Assembly (NCBI GenBank): GCA_965206595.1
Contig: OZ242214.1
Span: forward strand, 2,624,001 to 2,688,000
Length of the DNA: 64,000 nt
Origin: Candidatus Latescibacterota bacterium
Lineage (GTDB): Bacteria > Latescibacterota > UBA2968 > UBA8231
Direction of reading: 5' to 3'
Below the pieces are notes generated by a model, which made no database searches, was not told the DNA's origin, and worked only from the letters and a program-made list of their open reading frames with translations. The position numbers were made by a program, and so were the translations under genes. Shown one piece after another: positions 50,812-61,710 of the stretch. The number at the start of each line of letters is the position of its first letter. Within the stretch, counting starts at the first letter, position 1.

Positions 50812-51930
50812 CTACAAGCGGGACAGCCTGTGGGCGCGGTACGGGTTGCTGCAGGGCGGACCGTCGGCGACCTCGAGGGTGCCGGCGGAGACGTCCATGA
50901 CCACCGAGGCCAGGGTTTCCAGGACGAGCTCGTCCGGCTGGTCTTCCCGGTGCCGGCAGATCGATTCCGGCCGGTTCTCGTGATCGCGTAGGATGGCCTT
51001 CAGACGCTCGCTGCCCGCCTCCCCTTCCCCGATCAGCTCTCCGGCCCTGCGGGCGCGGTCGCAGAACCCGGGATACTGAACGGCCAGGCGGTCCTCGAGG
51101 CCGCGCTCCCGGGGAGGGCCGTCTTCACTGGCATCTGCAAAGACATTGCAATGCGACGCCCGCCCGCCCGGGGACGCGGCGACCACCGCGACGTCCACGG
51201 GACTCACCTCGAGCGAGGCTACATTCTCCTCGACTGAGCCCGGGGCACCCCGTTGCGCCATGGTGAAGTTGACCGAGGCCACCCGTTCGGCCGGCTCCAG
51301 AGTGCGGCGCGCCTCGTCGATGCTCGAGCAGTTCAGGGCGCTGCGCGCCAGCACCCAGACCGGCACCGCGGCCTCGAAGCGGTCGAGCTGCGATCCCATG
51401 GCGTTGGCGCACAGGGCGAGGCCCTCGGAGTTGAGCCCCTTGTGGCCGACGAACCCCGCCTCGACGTGGGTGAGGATGTCGGGGCGGTCCTCCTGCCGGA
51501 TCTCGAGCAGAATGCTGACCTCGGCGACCGGCACCGCCCAGTCCCAGTTCTGCCCGACCAGGGTGTGGCCGCTTTCGCTGGCCCGGGCGATTCCGAGGGA
51601 GGTGCATTCACCGCTTCCTGCCGGCGCTCCGGCGAAGAGGGTCGACAGCATGATCTCGTAGCGGCCGTTGACGATCAACACGTCGTCGACCGCGAGCCCG
51701 GAGCCGGCGGCGATCCCCTCGATCTCGGTCAGAATCTCCGCGTCGAAATCCCCAATCTTCCCGGCGAAACCGGAGATGATCTCGATCAGCTCCCCCCGGG
51801 TGCGGCCGCTCCCCTTCTCCCACATGTCGACGTAGAACTCGACCCCCTTGCGGATGAGGGGGCCGGCCTGCTCGCCGTACTGGCGGCCGCGTTCGAAAGG
51901 ACCGCCGCTGATGGTCACTTTGCGGGGCAT
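50812..51930 (-). CDS. Peptidase C45 (acyl-CoA:6-APA acyltransferase-like)
   Basis: ERGRQYG, ECT nucleophile, GQNWDW, GLNSEG, SICRH. Confidence 0.88.
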   Translation of the reverse strand: MPRKVTISGGPFERGRQYGEQAGPLIRKGVEFYVDMWEKGSGRTRGELIEIISGFAGKIGDFDAEILTEIEGIAAGSGLAVDDVLIVNGRYEIMLSTLFAGAPAGSGECTSLGIARASESGHTLVGQNWDWAVPVAEVSILLEIRQEDRPDILTHVEAGFVGHKGLNSEGLALCANAMGSQLDRFEAAVPVWVLARSALNCSSIDEARRTLEPAERVASVNFTMAQRGAPGSVEENVASLEVSPVDVAVVAASPGGRASHCNVFADASEDGPPRERGLEDRLAVQYPGFCDRARRAGELIGEGEAGSERLKAILRDHENRPESICRHREDQPDELVLETLASVVMDVSAGTLEVADGPPCSNPYRAHRLSRL

Positions 51931-52030
51931 CGTTCTTCTCCGGACCCCCGGACCTGCATTGAGCGGTCAATCAGGTTGTGGCCCCGCGCGCCCGGCCCGA
52001 CTCCCCTGCACCTCGAATACGCGGACATCT

Positions 52031-52405
52031 CTACTCCTCCATCACCGTCTGCCTGTCCGCGGAGGAAAAGGAGATAAACAGGACCGCCTCCTCGGTTTCG
52101 GACAGGTTGCGGGCCTGGTGTGGGACTCCCGTGGGAATGGTGACGGTGTCGCCGGGGCCGAGCTCGGCGACACCGCCTGCGTCCAGCGTGTGGGAGATCC
52201 CGCCCGAAACGACGACGAGCACTTCCGAGCAGTTGGGATGGTAATGCCGGGGATTGGCCTGCCCCGGTTTCAACCGCGCCGTGCCCACGGTCATCTCTCC
52301 CGAATTGCCCAGCGCCCTGCTGGCGTGCCAGCGCAACTCCCCCCAGTCGGCGTCGGCGACCTCGCACTCGTTCGAGCGCAACACCGAAATTCCCGCTTCT
52401 TCCAT
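52031..52405 (-). CDS. Cupin domain protein
   Basis: HYHPNCSE, GDTVTIPTGVPH. Confidence 0.85.
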   Translation of the reverse strand: MEEAGISVLRSNECEVADADWGELRWHASRALGNSGEMTVGTARLKPGQANPRHYHPNCSEVLVVVSGGISHTLDAGGVAELGPGDTVTIPTGVPHQARNLSETEEAVLFISFSSADRQTVMEE

Positions 52406-52497
52406 GGCAGCCTCCTTGGCTTCGTCTTGCTTTCCGCTGATAGCCGGCAGGCGTAGTATATGGCGGCCCCGAAACCGACACCACGCACCCCCTGCAT

Positions 52498-54549
52498 ATG
52501 ACAAAGCTGCACACCGCGCAGGAGCTGTCGCGGCTGCGCGGGCGCGCCTCGCAACCGGTCTTCGCGGCCGCGGTCGCCAAACTGCGTCAGGAGACGGACG
52601 AGTTCCTCGCCGGCGAACTCGCAGTCCCCGAGCGCTCCGCCGGCTTCTACCACCACTACTTCTGCCCCGACCACGCCGTCGAGCTCACCTTCGACCCGGC
52701 CTCTCCCACCCGGCACCGCTGCCCGAGCGACGGCCGTCTCTTCTCGGAGGAGCCTTTCGATTCGGCCTGGCTGTGGTTCGTCAACAACCGCCTCTCGACG
52801 ATGGCGTACTACCTGGCACTGCGCTGGGGCCTCGACCGGGAGCCGGGCCATCTCCGGCGCGCAGGAGAGATCCTCACCGGGTACGCCGCCCGTTACGGCA
52901 GCTACCGTCCGTTGCAGCCCCGGGAGTTCGGAAACGGCAAGGCGACCTTCCAGTCCCTCGACGAAGCGGTCTGGCTGATCCCCCTGGCGAGGGCCTACGA
53001 CCTGGTCCGGGACGGCCTGGCGGAAAGCGAACGAAACAAGGTCGAGGAACAGCTCCTCAGACCCGCGGCCGAACACATCCTCGGCCAGAAGTACCACCGG
53101 ATCCACAACATCGAGAACTGGCACAACGCCGCCATCGCCGCGGTCGGGTTGCTGCTCGGGGACGAACGCCTCCTCCGCATCGCCGTGGAGGAGGAGAACG
53201 GCTTCCACCACCAGCTCGCCGAAGGGGTGCGCGACGACGGGCTCTGGTGGGAGGGATCGTCGAGCTACCACTTCTACGCCCTGACCCCGATGATCGCCCT
53301 CGCCCAGGTCTGCGCCGGCCGCGGCCTCGAGCTGTGGAACCACGAGCGCTTCGAGAAGATGTTCCGCGCCCCGATCGATATGCTGCTTCCCGGTCTCAGG
53401 CTGCCGGCCAACAACGACTGCTGGTTCTTTTCCAGCCTCGTCGCCGATGTCTGTCACGGAGTTCCGGCCGCCGCGGCCTTCTACGAGGTCGCCCACGCCT
53501 GGTACGGCGACCCCGCCTTCGCCTGGGTTCTCACAGAGAACTACCGGCACGGGAAGCGCGACTCCCTGGAGGCCCTGCTCCACGGCCGCGACGAGGTGGC
53601 CGAAGCCTCGGCCCCTTGCCTGCGTAGCGTCAACTTCGAGCCGACCGGATGCGCCCTGTTCAGGTCTCCGGGGCCGCTGGAAAAACAGGACTGCCTGCTG
53701 CTCAAGTACGGCCCCGACGGGGGCGGACACGGCCACCCGGACAAGCTCGGCACCTTCGCCTACGCAAGGGGCATCGACCTCTCCGCGGATCTCGGCACGC
53801 CCGGGTACGGAATCGAGCTGAACGACACCTGGTACCGGCAGACGCTCAGTCACAACACCGTGCTCCTCGACGGCTGCTCCCAGCCCCCGGCCGAAGGCAG
53901 GCTGGTCCGTTTCGAAAGCGGCGATCGCTTGTTCGAGGTCGCCGACGCCGAGGTCGAATTCGACGAGCCGCCCTGGGAAGGGGTGTCGCTGCGGCGGGTC
54001 ATCCTGTGGATGCCGGGGTACTACCTCGACTTCACCCGGGTGAGGTGCGACCGCGAAAGGCAGATCGATCTCCCCTGCCGCATGCGAGGGGGTGCCTTCG
54101 ATGCCCGCGGCCTCGAGCCCTGCCCCGACCCGCCGCGGCTGCAGGGAGCGGGATACGAGCACGTGAGCGGGGCGCAGGTTTTCACCGCCCCCGGAGTGGC
54201 GGAGCTGCGCTGGCGACAGGAGACCGGCTCCACCGCCCTTCACCTGCCCGACGGAGGGGATTCCGAGATCATCCTCGGGCAGGTTCCCGGCAATCCCGCG
54301 GCCGACTGCAGCGCCATCGTCATCCGGCGGCGGCGAGCCCTGGAAACGGCGTTCCTTTCGGTGGTCGAGCTCTCCTGCGAGGAGCCGCTGGAGGTGGCCC
54401 CCTGGCCGGGGGTCACTGATGGTTTCCGGGGGGTCGTGGTGAAACAGGGGGGACGTCAGAGGGCCTGGGCTTTCTGCGAGTCCGGGTGCGAGCCGCCCCC
54501 GCTTCCGCCGGGGGCCGCCGGCGCAAAAATCGAGCGCTACCAGTTGTAG
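52498..54549 (+). CDS. Heparinase II/III-like / oligo-alginate lyase
   Basis: QSLDEAVW, IHNIENW, DGLWWEGS.SYHFY, GGHGHPDKL, SHNTV. Confidence 0.85.
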   Translation: MTKLHTAQELSRLRGRASQPVFAAAVAKLRQETDEFLAGELAVPERSAGFYHHYFCPDHAVELTFDPASPTRHRCPSDGRLFSEEPFDSAWLWFVNNRLSTMAYYLALRWGLDREPGHLRRAGEILTGYAARYGSYRPLQPREFGNGKATFQSLDEAVWLIPLARAYDLVRDGLAESERNKVEEQLLRPAAEHILGQKYHRIHNIENWHNAAIAAVGLLLGDERLLRIAVEEENGFHHQLAEGVRDDGLWWEGSSSYHFYALTPMIALAQVCAGRGLELWNHERFEKMFRAPIDMLLPGLRLPANNDCWFFSSLVADVCHGVPAAAAFYEVAHAWYGDPAFAWVLTENYRHGKRDSLEALLHGRDEVAEASAPCLRSVNFEPTGCALFRSPGPLEKQDCLLLKYGPDGGGHGHPDKLGTFAYARGIDLSADLGTPGYGIELNDTWYRQTLSHNTVLLDGCSQPPAEGRLVRFESGDRLFEVADAEVEFDEPPWEGVSLRRVILWMPGYYLDFTRVRCDRERQIDLPCRMRGGAFDARGLEPCPDPPRLQGAGYEHVSGAQVFTAPGVAELRWRQETGSTALHLPDGGDSEIILGQVPGNPAADCSAIVIRRRRALETAFLSVVELSCEEPLEVAPWPGVTDGFRGVVVKQGGRQRAWAFCESGCEPPPLPPGAAGAKIERYQL

Positions 54550-54586
54550 CCGGGATGGACCTGTTCATGGCTGAGGGAGGCCGCCA

Positions 54587-55654
54587 ATGAGAGCATTCTT
54601 TTTCTGGGAAGACGGACGCGGCATCGCCATCAGGGGGCGCAGCAACCCGTACGCCGGGCTGCTGGGGCGCGCTCTCGAGAAGCGCGGCATCCATCTCGAC
54701 GAGGGGCTGTACCGGTTCGAGCGGGAGTGGCTGGAGGAGGGCCGCGAGGACCACGAGGTCCTGCACCTGCACTGGCTGCACGGCTTCTACCGCACCGGGG
54801 ACCTGCAGTCGACGATCGAGAGGTGCAACCGCTTCTGCGACACTCTCCGCTACGCCAAAGCGACCCTCGGGTACCGCATCGTCTGGACGATGCACAACTT
54901 CTACCCGCACGAGCGCCCCTTCCCCGAGGTCGACCACCTAGCGCGGCTGTTCGTCGCCCGCGAGGCGGACGCCGCAATCGCCCACTGCCGCTACGCCGCC
55001 GGGCTCTGCAGGAAGCAGTTCCATTTCGAGGGGGAGGTGAACGTCATCCCGCACGGCAACTTCATCGACGTCTTCCCCGACGAGGTCACCCGCGCCGAGG
55101 CCCGGGAGCGGCTCGGCCTTCCGCCCGCTTCCTTCGTCTACCTGTTCTTCGGCAACGCGCGCACCTACAAGGGGGTCGACGCCCTGATCGAGGCCTTCCG
55201 CGAGATCGACCCGGACGACGCCGAGCTGTTGCTGATGATGCGCGCCTCCTTCAACCCGCAGTACGCGCAGGAGCTGCGCGACCTCGCCGCCGGGGACGCG
55301 CGCGTGCGCATCCACACCTCCGACTTCTTCCCGGAGGAGGACTTCCAGGTCTTCCTCAACAGCGCCGACGTCGTGGTGATTCCCTTCTCCGAGGTGCTGA
55401 CCTCCGGATCGACCATCGCGGCGCTGGGGTTCGGCAAGCCGGTGGTGCTGCCGGCTCGCGGCTGCCTGCCCGAGCTGATCGACGACTCCATGGGCATCCT
55501 CTTCGACCCGGACCGGGAGGGGGCCCTGCAGGAGGCGATGCGGGAGATCCGGAACCGCGACCTCGAGGCGGCCGGACGCGCCGCCCGCGCCTGCGCCGAG
55601 AGCCTCGACTGGGAGGAGATCGCCGACCGGCACGCGAGCCTGTACAGGGGGTAG
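54587..55654 (+). CDS. Glycosyltransferase family 4
   Basis: HLHW, WTMHN, IPHG, YKG, ADVVVIP...TSG, GKPVV. Confidence 0.88.
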   Translation: MRAFFFWEDGRGIAIRGRSNPYAGLLGRALEKRGIHLDEGLYRFEREWLEEGREDHEVLHLHWLHGFYRTGDLQSTIERCNRFCDTLRYAKATLGYRIVWTMHNFYPHERPFPEVDHLARLFVAREADAAIAHCRYAAGLCRKQFHFEGEVNVIPHGNFIDVFPDEVTRAEARERLGLPPASFVYLFFGNARTYKGVDALIEAFREIDPDDAELLLMMRASFNPQYAQELRDLAAGDARVRIHTSDFFPEEDFQVFLNSADVVVIPFSEVLTSGSTIAALGFGKPVVLPARGCLPELIDDSMGILFDPDREGALQEAMREIRNRDLEAAGRAARACAESLDWEEIADRHASLYRG

Positions 55655-55799
55655 CCGCGGAGCAGGGCCCGCGCCGGACCCAGGGGTTGCCTGCCCGCGG
55701 CCGAGGCGAGGCAGAGGCGGCCCGGCGGTTTTCCCTGCAAGGCCAGGCCAAAACCAGCAGACGGACTGTCGTATCAGATTTCAGCTTATCGAAAAGGAG

Positions 55800-56934
55800 A
55801 TGCGAGTGCACATCTACGAAGAGCTTGGAGTGCGCACCCTGATCAACGCCGCCGGCGCCATGTCGCGCTACGGGGGATCCCTGATGGACCCCGGGTTGTT
55901 CGATGTAATGCGCGAGGCGGGCGGGAAGTTCTGCATGCTCGACGAGCTGCACGAGAAGGTCGGGGAGCGCATCGCCGGCCTGCTCGAGGTCGAGGCGGCC
56001 TACGTGACCGCCAGCGCCGCTTCCGGCCTGGTGCTGACCACCGCGGCCTGCATGGCCGGCACCGATACGGAGCGCATCGCACGGCTGCCCGACAGCAGCG
56101 GGATGAGATCGGAGGTCGTCATCCAGCGGCTGCACCGCATCGGCTACGACCAGGCGATCCGCCTGGCAGGGGCCACCCTGGTGGTGGTGGTCGACGACGA
56201 CGGGGTGCCTCCGCTCGCGGCGATGCGGGACGCGGTCGGCGGCGACACCGCAGCGATCTTCTGCATGGCCCACAGGCTCGAGGAGCCCGGGTCCCTGCGG
56301 ATCGAGGATTTCGTCGCCCTGTCGAGGGAGTCGGGAGTGCCGCTCGTGGTCGACGCCGCCTCCGAGTGCCCGCCGATGTCGACGCTGACAAGGTTCTGCC
56401 GGGAGGGGGCGAACCTGGTGATTTTCAGCGGCGGCAAGAGCCTGCTGGGGCCCCAGTCGACCGGACTGGTGGTAGGACGGCGCGACCTCATCGCCGCCTG
56501 CGCCGCCAACGGCAACCCGTTCGCGACCGTCGGACGGCCCATGAAGGTCAGCCGCGAGGAGGTGATCGGCTTCCTCAAGGCGCTCGAGAGCTACCTCGCC
56601 CGCGACCACGAGGCGGACCGCGCCCGCTGGCAGGCCCAGGTCCGGCACGTCGAGGAGGCCCTCGCCGGACTTCCCGGGCATCGAGCTGCAGCACCTGGTC
56701 AAGTGCGGGACCTACACCGTCCCCCTGCTCGGGGTGCGCCCGCTGCCCGGCGCCGGGTTCACCCGCTCCGACATCTTCGCGGCGCTGGAGGCGGGGGAGC
56801 CGCAGATCATGGTCTCCGAGGGGTACACCGACGACCACGTCATCATCAACCCGCACATGCTTCAGCCCGGCGAGGTGGAGATCGTGGCGGCGCGCTGCGC
56901 CGAGGTGATTCGGCAGCTCGGCCAGCGGGGGTAG
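55800..56934 (+). pseudogene. SelA-like PLP enzyme (DgaE-like), frameshifted near 56677
   Basis: INAAG, VDAASE, FSGGK, GRPMKV; the C-terminus continues in another frame (IINPHMLQPGE) to 56934. Confidence 0.8.
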
Positions 56935-57037
56935 GTCGCGGACCGGCCTCACTCGGGATCTCGAAGCGGATCCGTCAGGGACCGAGGCGATCCTGAGGCA
57001 CGCCCAGACCGGGCACGCCGCGATGTCGCCCCGGATG

Positions 57038-58613
57038 TCAGGACTCTGGTTTCGGGCGCCGCAGTCCGTACTTGGACATGCGGTAACGCAGCTTCTCCGG
57101 ATGCATGCCCAACAGGCGAGCTGCCCCCCGGTCTCCATAGACGATCCAGTTGGTCGCCTTGAGCGCCTCGAGAATCCGCTGCTTTTCGTCCTTTTCTTCA
57201 GAAGCCCCCGGCGCAACCGGCTGGACAGGCGCGGGCGGTTCAGCCGAAAGCGGCAGATCCCCAACCTCGATGACACTGCCTTCGCACAGCCCGACCGCCC
57301 GCCGGATCAGGTGCTCCAGCTCGCGCACCTTCCCCGGCCAGGAATGTCCCTGCAAGTGCACAATCGCCTCTTTTCCCAGGCTCGGGACCGGCCGCTTGAG
57401 GTGGTGAGCGGACCTGGCAGCGAAATGCGCCGCCAGGATGGGGATCTCCTCCCGGCGGTCCCGCAACGGGGGAAGCACAACCGGGAACTCGCTCAATCGG
57501 TAGTACAGGTCCTGACGGAAGGTCCCTTCTTCGACAGCTCCTTCCAGGTCGCGGTTGGTCGCGGCAATCACCCGCACATCCACATGGATGGGCTCATTGG
57601 CACCGACGCGCCTGATCTGGCCATCCTCCAGGACGTGGAGCAACGCCCGTTGCGCTTCCAAGGAGAGATCGCTGATTCCATCGAGGAACAAGGTGCCGCC
57701 ATGGGCTCGTTCAAAGCATCCGATCTGCCCGGTCGCCGCACCTGAATAGACTCCCTGCTCCCGGCCGAACAGTTCGCTTTCCACCAGCCCCGAGGGCAGC
57801 GCCCCGCAGTTGATCTGAACGAAGAGGTGCTCTCTGCGTGGGCTCAGAGCGTGGATTTCCCGGGCGAGCATGCTCTTGCCCGTCCCCGTCTCGCCGGCCA
57901 GCATCAGGGTCATGTCAGTCCGGACCACCTGCCCGAGCTGCGACAGAACACGGGATATGGTCGGGGCTTGGCCAGCCACTGCCTGAACTGTTACTGCCCG
58001 CTCCTCCTCCAGGCTCTCGAGGCCGGCCACCTTTTGGCCTCGGACCACCTGCATTTCCAGGCGAGCCACCTCCGACACCAAGTCGTCCCGGTCCCGGGCC
58101 CGCACTTCAAAGCGGTATTCCCCGGCCGGCAAGCCGCGGTAGGCGACCTTGTTATCAGGCCTGAAATCGCTCCATTCCTTCGCAGAACCGTGACGGACGA
58201 GCCGGTGGCTGTAGCGCATCTGACCTGCCCCCCCGATCCGGAAACGGATGCCCTGGAAATGAAGGGCTATTTCAGGGGTGCCCTCCGGGAAGGATAGGAC
58301 TTTGGGTGCCTCCAGGAGCCGCCCCTTTTCCATCCGGCGGATCACGATGCCCGGAAGAGTATGGGGCGGCCCGGCCGTCCAGGCTGATGACCCCACGGTC
58401 CTGGGTTGCCAGCCAGGTAGTACCTGCCGAGTCCGTGGCCATGTTAAAAACACGCCCTATGGGGCGGCCATCGATGGCGGTCGTGCTCCTGGTGCACTGA
58501 CCGTCGGCGAACCACCCGATCCCGGCACTTGTCAGGACTCGCAGAAAGCCGTCAGCCTGCGGCTGCAAGCCCAGGATTTCATTGGACGGCAGTCCGTGCT
58601 CGGTAGTGTACAT
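57038..58613 (-). pseudogene. Beta-propeller/Y_Y_Y-fused sigma54-type Fis regulator, truncated, frameshifted and degenerate
   Basis: GLPSN repeat, Y..LPAGEY.F.V.A, GETGTGK; GAFTGA is GVYSGA and Walker B is FLDGI; frameshift ~58375. Confidence 0.78.
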
Positions 58614-58759
58614 TGACGTAAGTGAAATTCTCGCCGGACATCGCCACCGCCACGTCCAGGCCGGCGGCGTGGATCTCTGCTTGCAGGGCGGCGATGTCGG
58701 CTCGGGGTCCGGGCATTTTACCTCGCACCTACAAACCTGCGGCCGCGAACTCGCCAGCT

Positions 58760-60740
58760 TCAGCCGCCGCCAATCGTAAACTGCCGTAACGGAATCGACC
58801 TGTAACGCTTGTCGCCTTCCGCGATTTCAATCGACTGGTCCATCGGCACATCAGAGAAGGTCTGAGTCAAATCAGACGTGGGCCAGTACACTTCGATCGA
58901 CTCGATCCGTTCAGCTTTTCCTAGACCAATGTTCTGACGCAGCGGATTGCACCCGAAGCTGCCGCCACTGTTGACGTATCGGTAAATCGATCGCTCGCCG
59001 CTGTCTTCGACGATCCTGACGTGAATACGTGCACCGATCGCACAACGGTTTGATTGCCGACCCGTAAGTTTGACTGTGATCCAGTGGTGGTTGAACCCTG
59101 GATTCTCGAACAGCGCGTCGTGATAATGGTCACCTGGCAATTGCCCGCCAGTCTGAACGTAGAGGTCCTGGTCTCCATCATTGTCGATGTCGGCGAAGCT
59201 GACTCCATGCCCCTTCTGGAGGTGTCCGAACCCGCCTGCCATTGTGACGTTGGCAAACCGCTCACCCCCCTGACTGACGTACATGACATTTGGCCGCAAT
59301 TCCGAGTATGGGACGTCACCGGTCGCGAGATAGAAATCGAGCCAGCCATCGCCGTTTACGTCGCCAAAGTTTGCACCCATTGGATTCGTTGCATAGGTGA
59401 TCTTTCGTTCAATCGCTTCGTAAACAAAGCCGCCTTTCCCATCACCGTGATATAAGGCGGGCAGCCCGAATCCAATCTTCATCGGCGGCCCCCCCGCTCC
59501 GGACGATCTAACGCTAAACGTGACAACTCCATCATCATACGATCGGGCCGCAATAGGACTGTATGAAGACATAGGACTGTATGAAGACAATGACTCGATT
59601 GCGACGGGACCCATACTGCTACCGACGTACAGATCCAGGGCGCCATCGTTGTTGAAGTCCCAGAACCAAGAGGCCCATCCGTCCTTCGGCTTCGTGACAT
59701 TCATGGCCTCGGCCACATTCGTGAACGTGCCGTTCTGATTGTTGTGGTATAGACCGTGGCGGTCGCGGGGATAATCTCCACAAGCGAACAAGTCCGGATA
59801 ACGGTCGTTGTCGTAGTCACCCCAGACCACGGCCATAGTAAAACGACTGTCGTCAACACCGGCGGCGGCGGCCACATCGGTAAATGTCTCGTCACCGTTA
59901 TTGCGAAACAGCTGCGACGGAATCTCAAAACCATCGCGCGCTTCGTTTCCAATGAACAGATCCAGGTCGCCGTCGTTGTCGTAATCCGCCCAGCTGGCTG
60001 TCTTCGTCGGATAGTGAACTTCGCCCAGCCCCGCCTGGAATGTGACGTCAGTAAACGTAAGGTTGCCATTGTTCCGCAGCAGCGAATTCGGATGTCGGCC
60101 AGCGGGGCCCAGCCACGCGCCGCGCAGGATCAGGACGTCCAGATTGCCGTCGTTGTTATAGTCCGCCTGGACCACGTTCAGTCCGCCGTAGAGACCCGTC
60201 AGGCCGGCATCATCACTCAGGTCCGTGAACGTTCCATCGCGGTTGTTATGAAAAAATCGACACGGCAACGTTGGATCGGCGGTCGACACGAAGATGTCCA
60301 GGTAATCGTCGTTGTCGAAATCATCGACGATCGCGCCGCCCGCGGCATTCCAGGTGTTCAAATTCAGCTTGGGCGCCACATTCTCGAATCGAGGAAACTC
60401 AATCTCTGACTCGAAGAACTCAGTCGGTACGAGGTACTCCTTCGGGACCTGGTCCGGGAGGTCGATGACGTCCACCTGCCGGTCGGTCGCCTCCTCCAGG
60501 GCATTCATCACCTCCAGGACGGCACGCGAACAGCCGCGGACCGCGACATCGACGTCGGATGAGCTGCGCCAGGCGCCGGGGGTTATGAGAGAACCCACGA
60601 TGTAGGCAGCCTCGATCCCATGCTTGCGGCGGATCCGCCGCAAGACCTCCTGCACCCGTTCCAGCAGTGCCTCCCGCTCCTGCTCCAGCTTCAGCCGCCG
60701 GCTCCTCAGGCCCTCGTCCAGTCTGTGCGTGTCGAACATG
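58760..60740 (-). CDS. Chimera: minimal nucleotidyltransferase N-terminus fused in frame to FG-GAP/CRTAC1/ASPIC-UnbV C-terminal part
   Basis: YIVGS...SSDVDVAV...VDVIDL, then DFDNDD/DYNNDG repeats, QKGHG, AIGARI, VYWP. Confidence 0.75.
59553..59588. repeat. 18-bp perfect tandem duplication (SSYSPM/SSYSPI)
   Basis: ATAGGACTGTATGAAGAC x2. Confidence 0.9.
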
Positions 60741-61095
60741 GAACCTCCGGCAGATTCGCCTCGGTCGATCTCCACTTCCTTGGAATCTCAGGGGGTCGAG
60801 GGTCGGACTACAAGCTACTTGGCAGGTCGACCCCATGTGTGACAGGCAGGTTCACCTCCGCGGCCATCGTCCCCAAGTCCGAGCTTGATCTTTGGAGAGA
60901 TCGATCGCATTCCCCGCTCTATACTGGAAATGGTCGCCGGTCGGGTATGCCTGACAAGCTCGTGGAGAAGATCGTGGTCGAGTATCCAGGGGCAGATCCT
61001 GTATCGCTGAAGTTCTGAGACCCGCGGCTGCTCAGCCGATGTACGCCGGATTGGGAGGCCCTTCTGGCGGTCGTGCCCCGGTGGCGATCTGAGAA

Positions 61096-61710
61096 TCAAA
61101 CCGCAGCAATCATCTGCCCCAGTGCTGTAAACAACTCATCGCAGTGACCGCACCGTTTCATTGCCTTGTTCGCATCAATCCGTGCCAGCAGATCGCTCGC
61201 ATGCCTGATCTTGTGGTAGGGCCCCTTCTGCGTGCGCTCCGTCGCCTGGCTCAAGCGGCGTATCAAATTAACCTTTGACACTTTCTCGAGATTGGCCGCC
61301 CTCGGAAGGCCCTGGCCCCTGAAACCCTGCCCGTAGTAGCTTGCCAGAGTCTCCGGGTCAGCGACGATCCAAGCCTCCATCGACTGCACCATCAGGTGAA
61401 CGGCATCTTCGTTGGCAAAGCTCAGATCCCATTTGTCCCCGGATCGAAGGTGGTCCCGGGCAGACTGGCTCACCGGCGCCTCGGCGTCGACCAGAAGGAC
61501 ATTCACCACATCATTCCCGTTTATGACGGCATTTCGAAATCCTTGAAATGCCTCGTCGCGTGGGCCGCAACAGACCAGCTTCCAGCGTAGCACCTTGTTC
61601 CTGGCTGCCTCTTTGAGGGGCTGAAGAAACGAATCCATCCCCTGACGAAGAGCTGCCCGGTTTTCCTTGCCGACACCCCCGCCTTCCATGTAGATGGCGA
61701 TTCCGGTCAC
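61096..61710 (-). CDS. DUF4276 family protein
   Basis: IYMEGGG, LLVDAE, LMVQSMEAWIVAD, YHKIRH; GTGA overlap with ATPase. Confidence 0.8.
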   Translation of the reverse strand: MTGIAIYMEGGGVGKENRAALRQGMDSFLQPLKEAARNKVLRWKLVCCGPRDEAFQGFRNAVINGNDVVNVLLVDAEAPVSQSARDHLRSGDKWDLSFANEDAVHLMVQSMEAWIVADPETLASYYGQGFRGQGLPRAANLEKVSKVNLIRRLSQATERTQKGPYHKIRHASDLLARIDANKAMKRCGHCDELFTALGQMIAAV

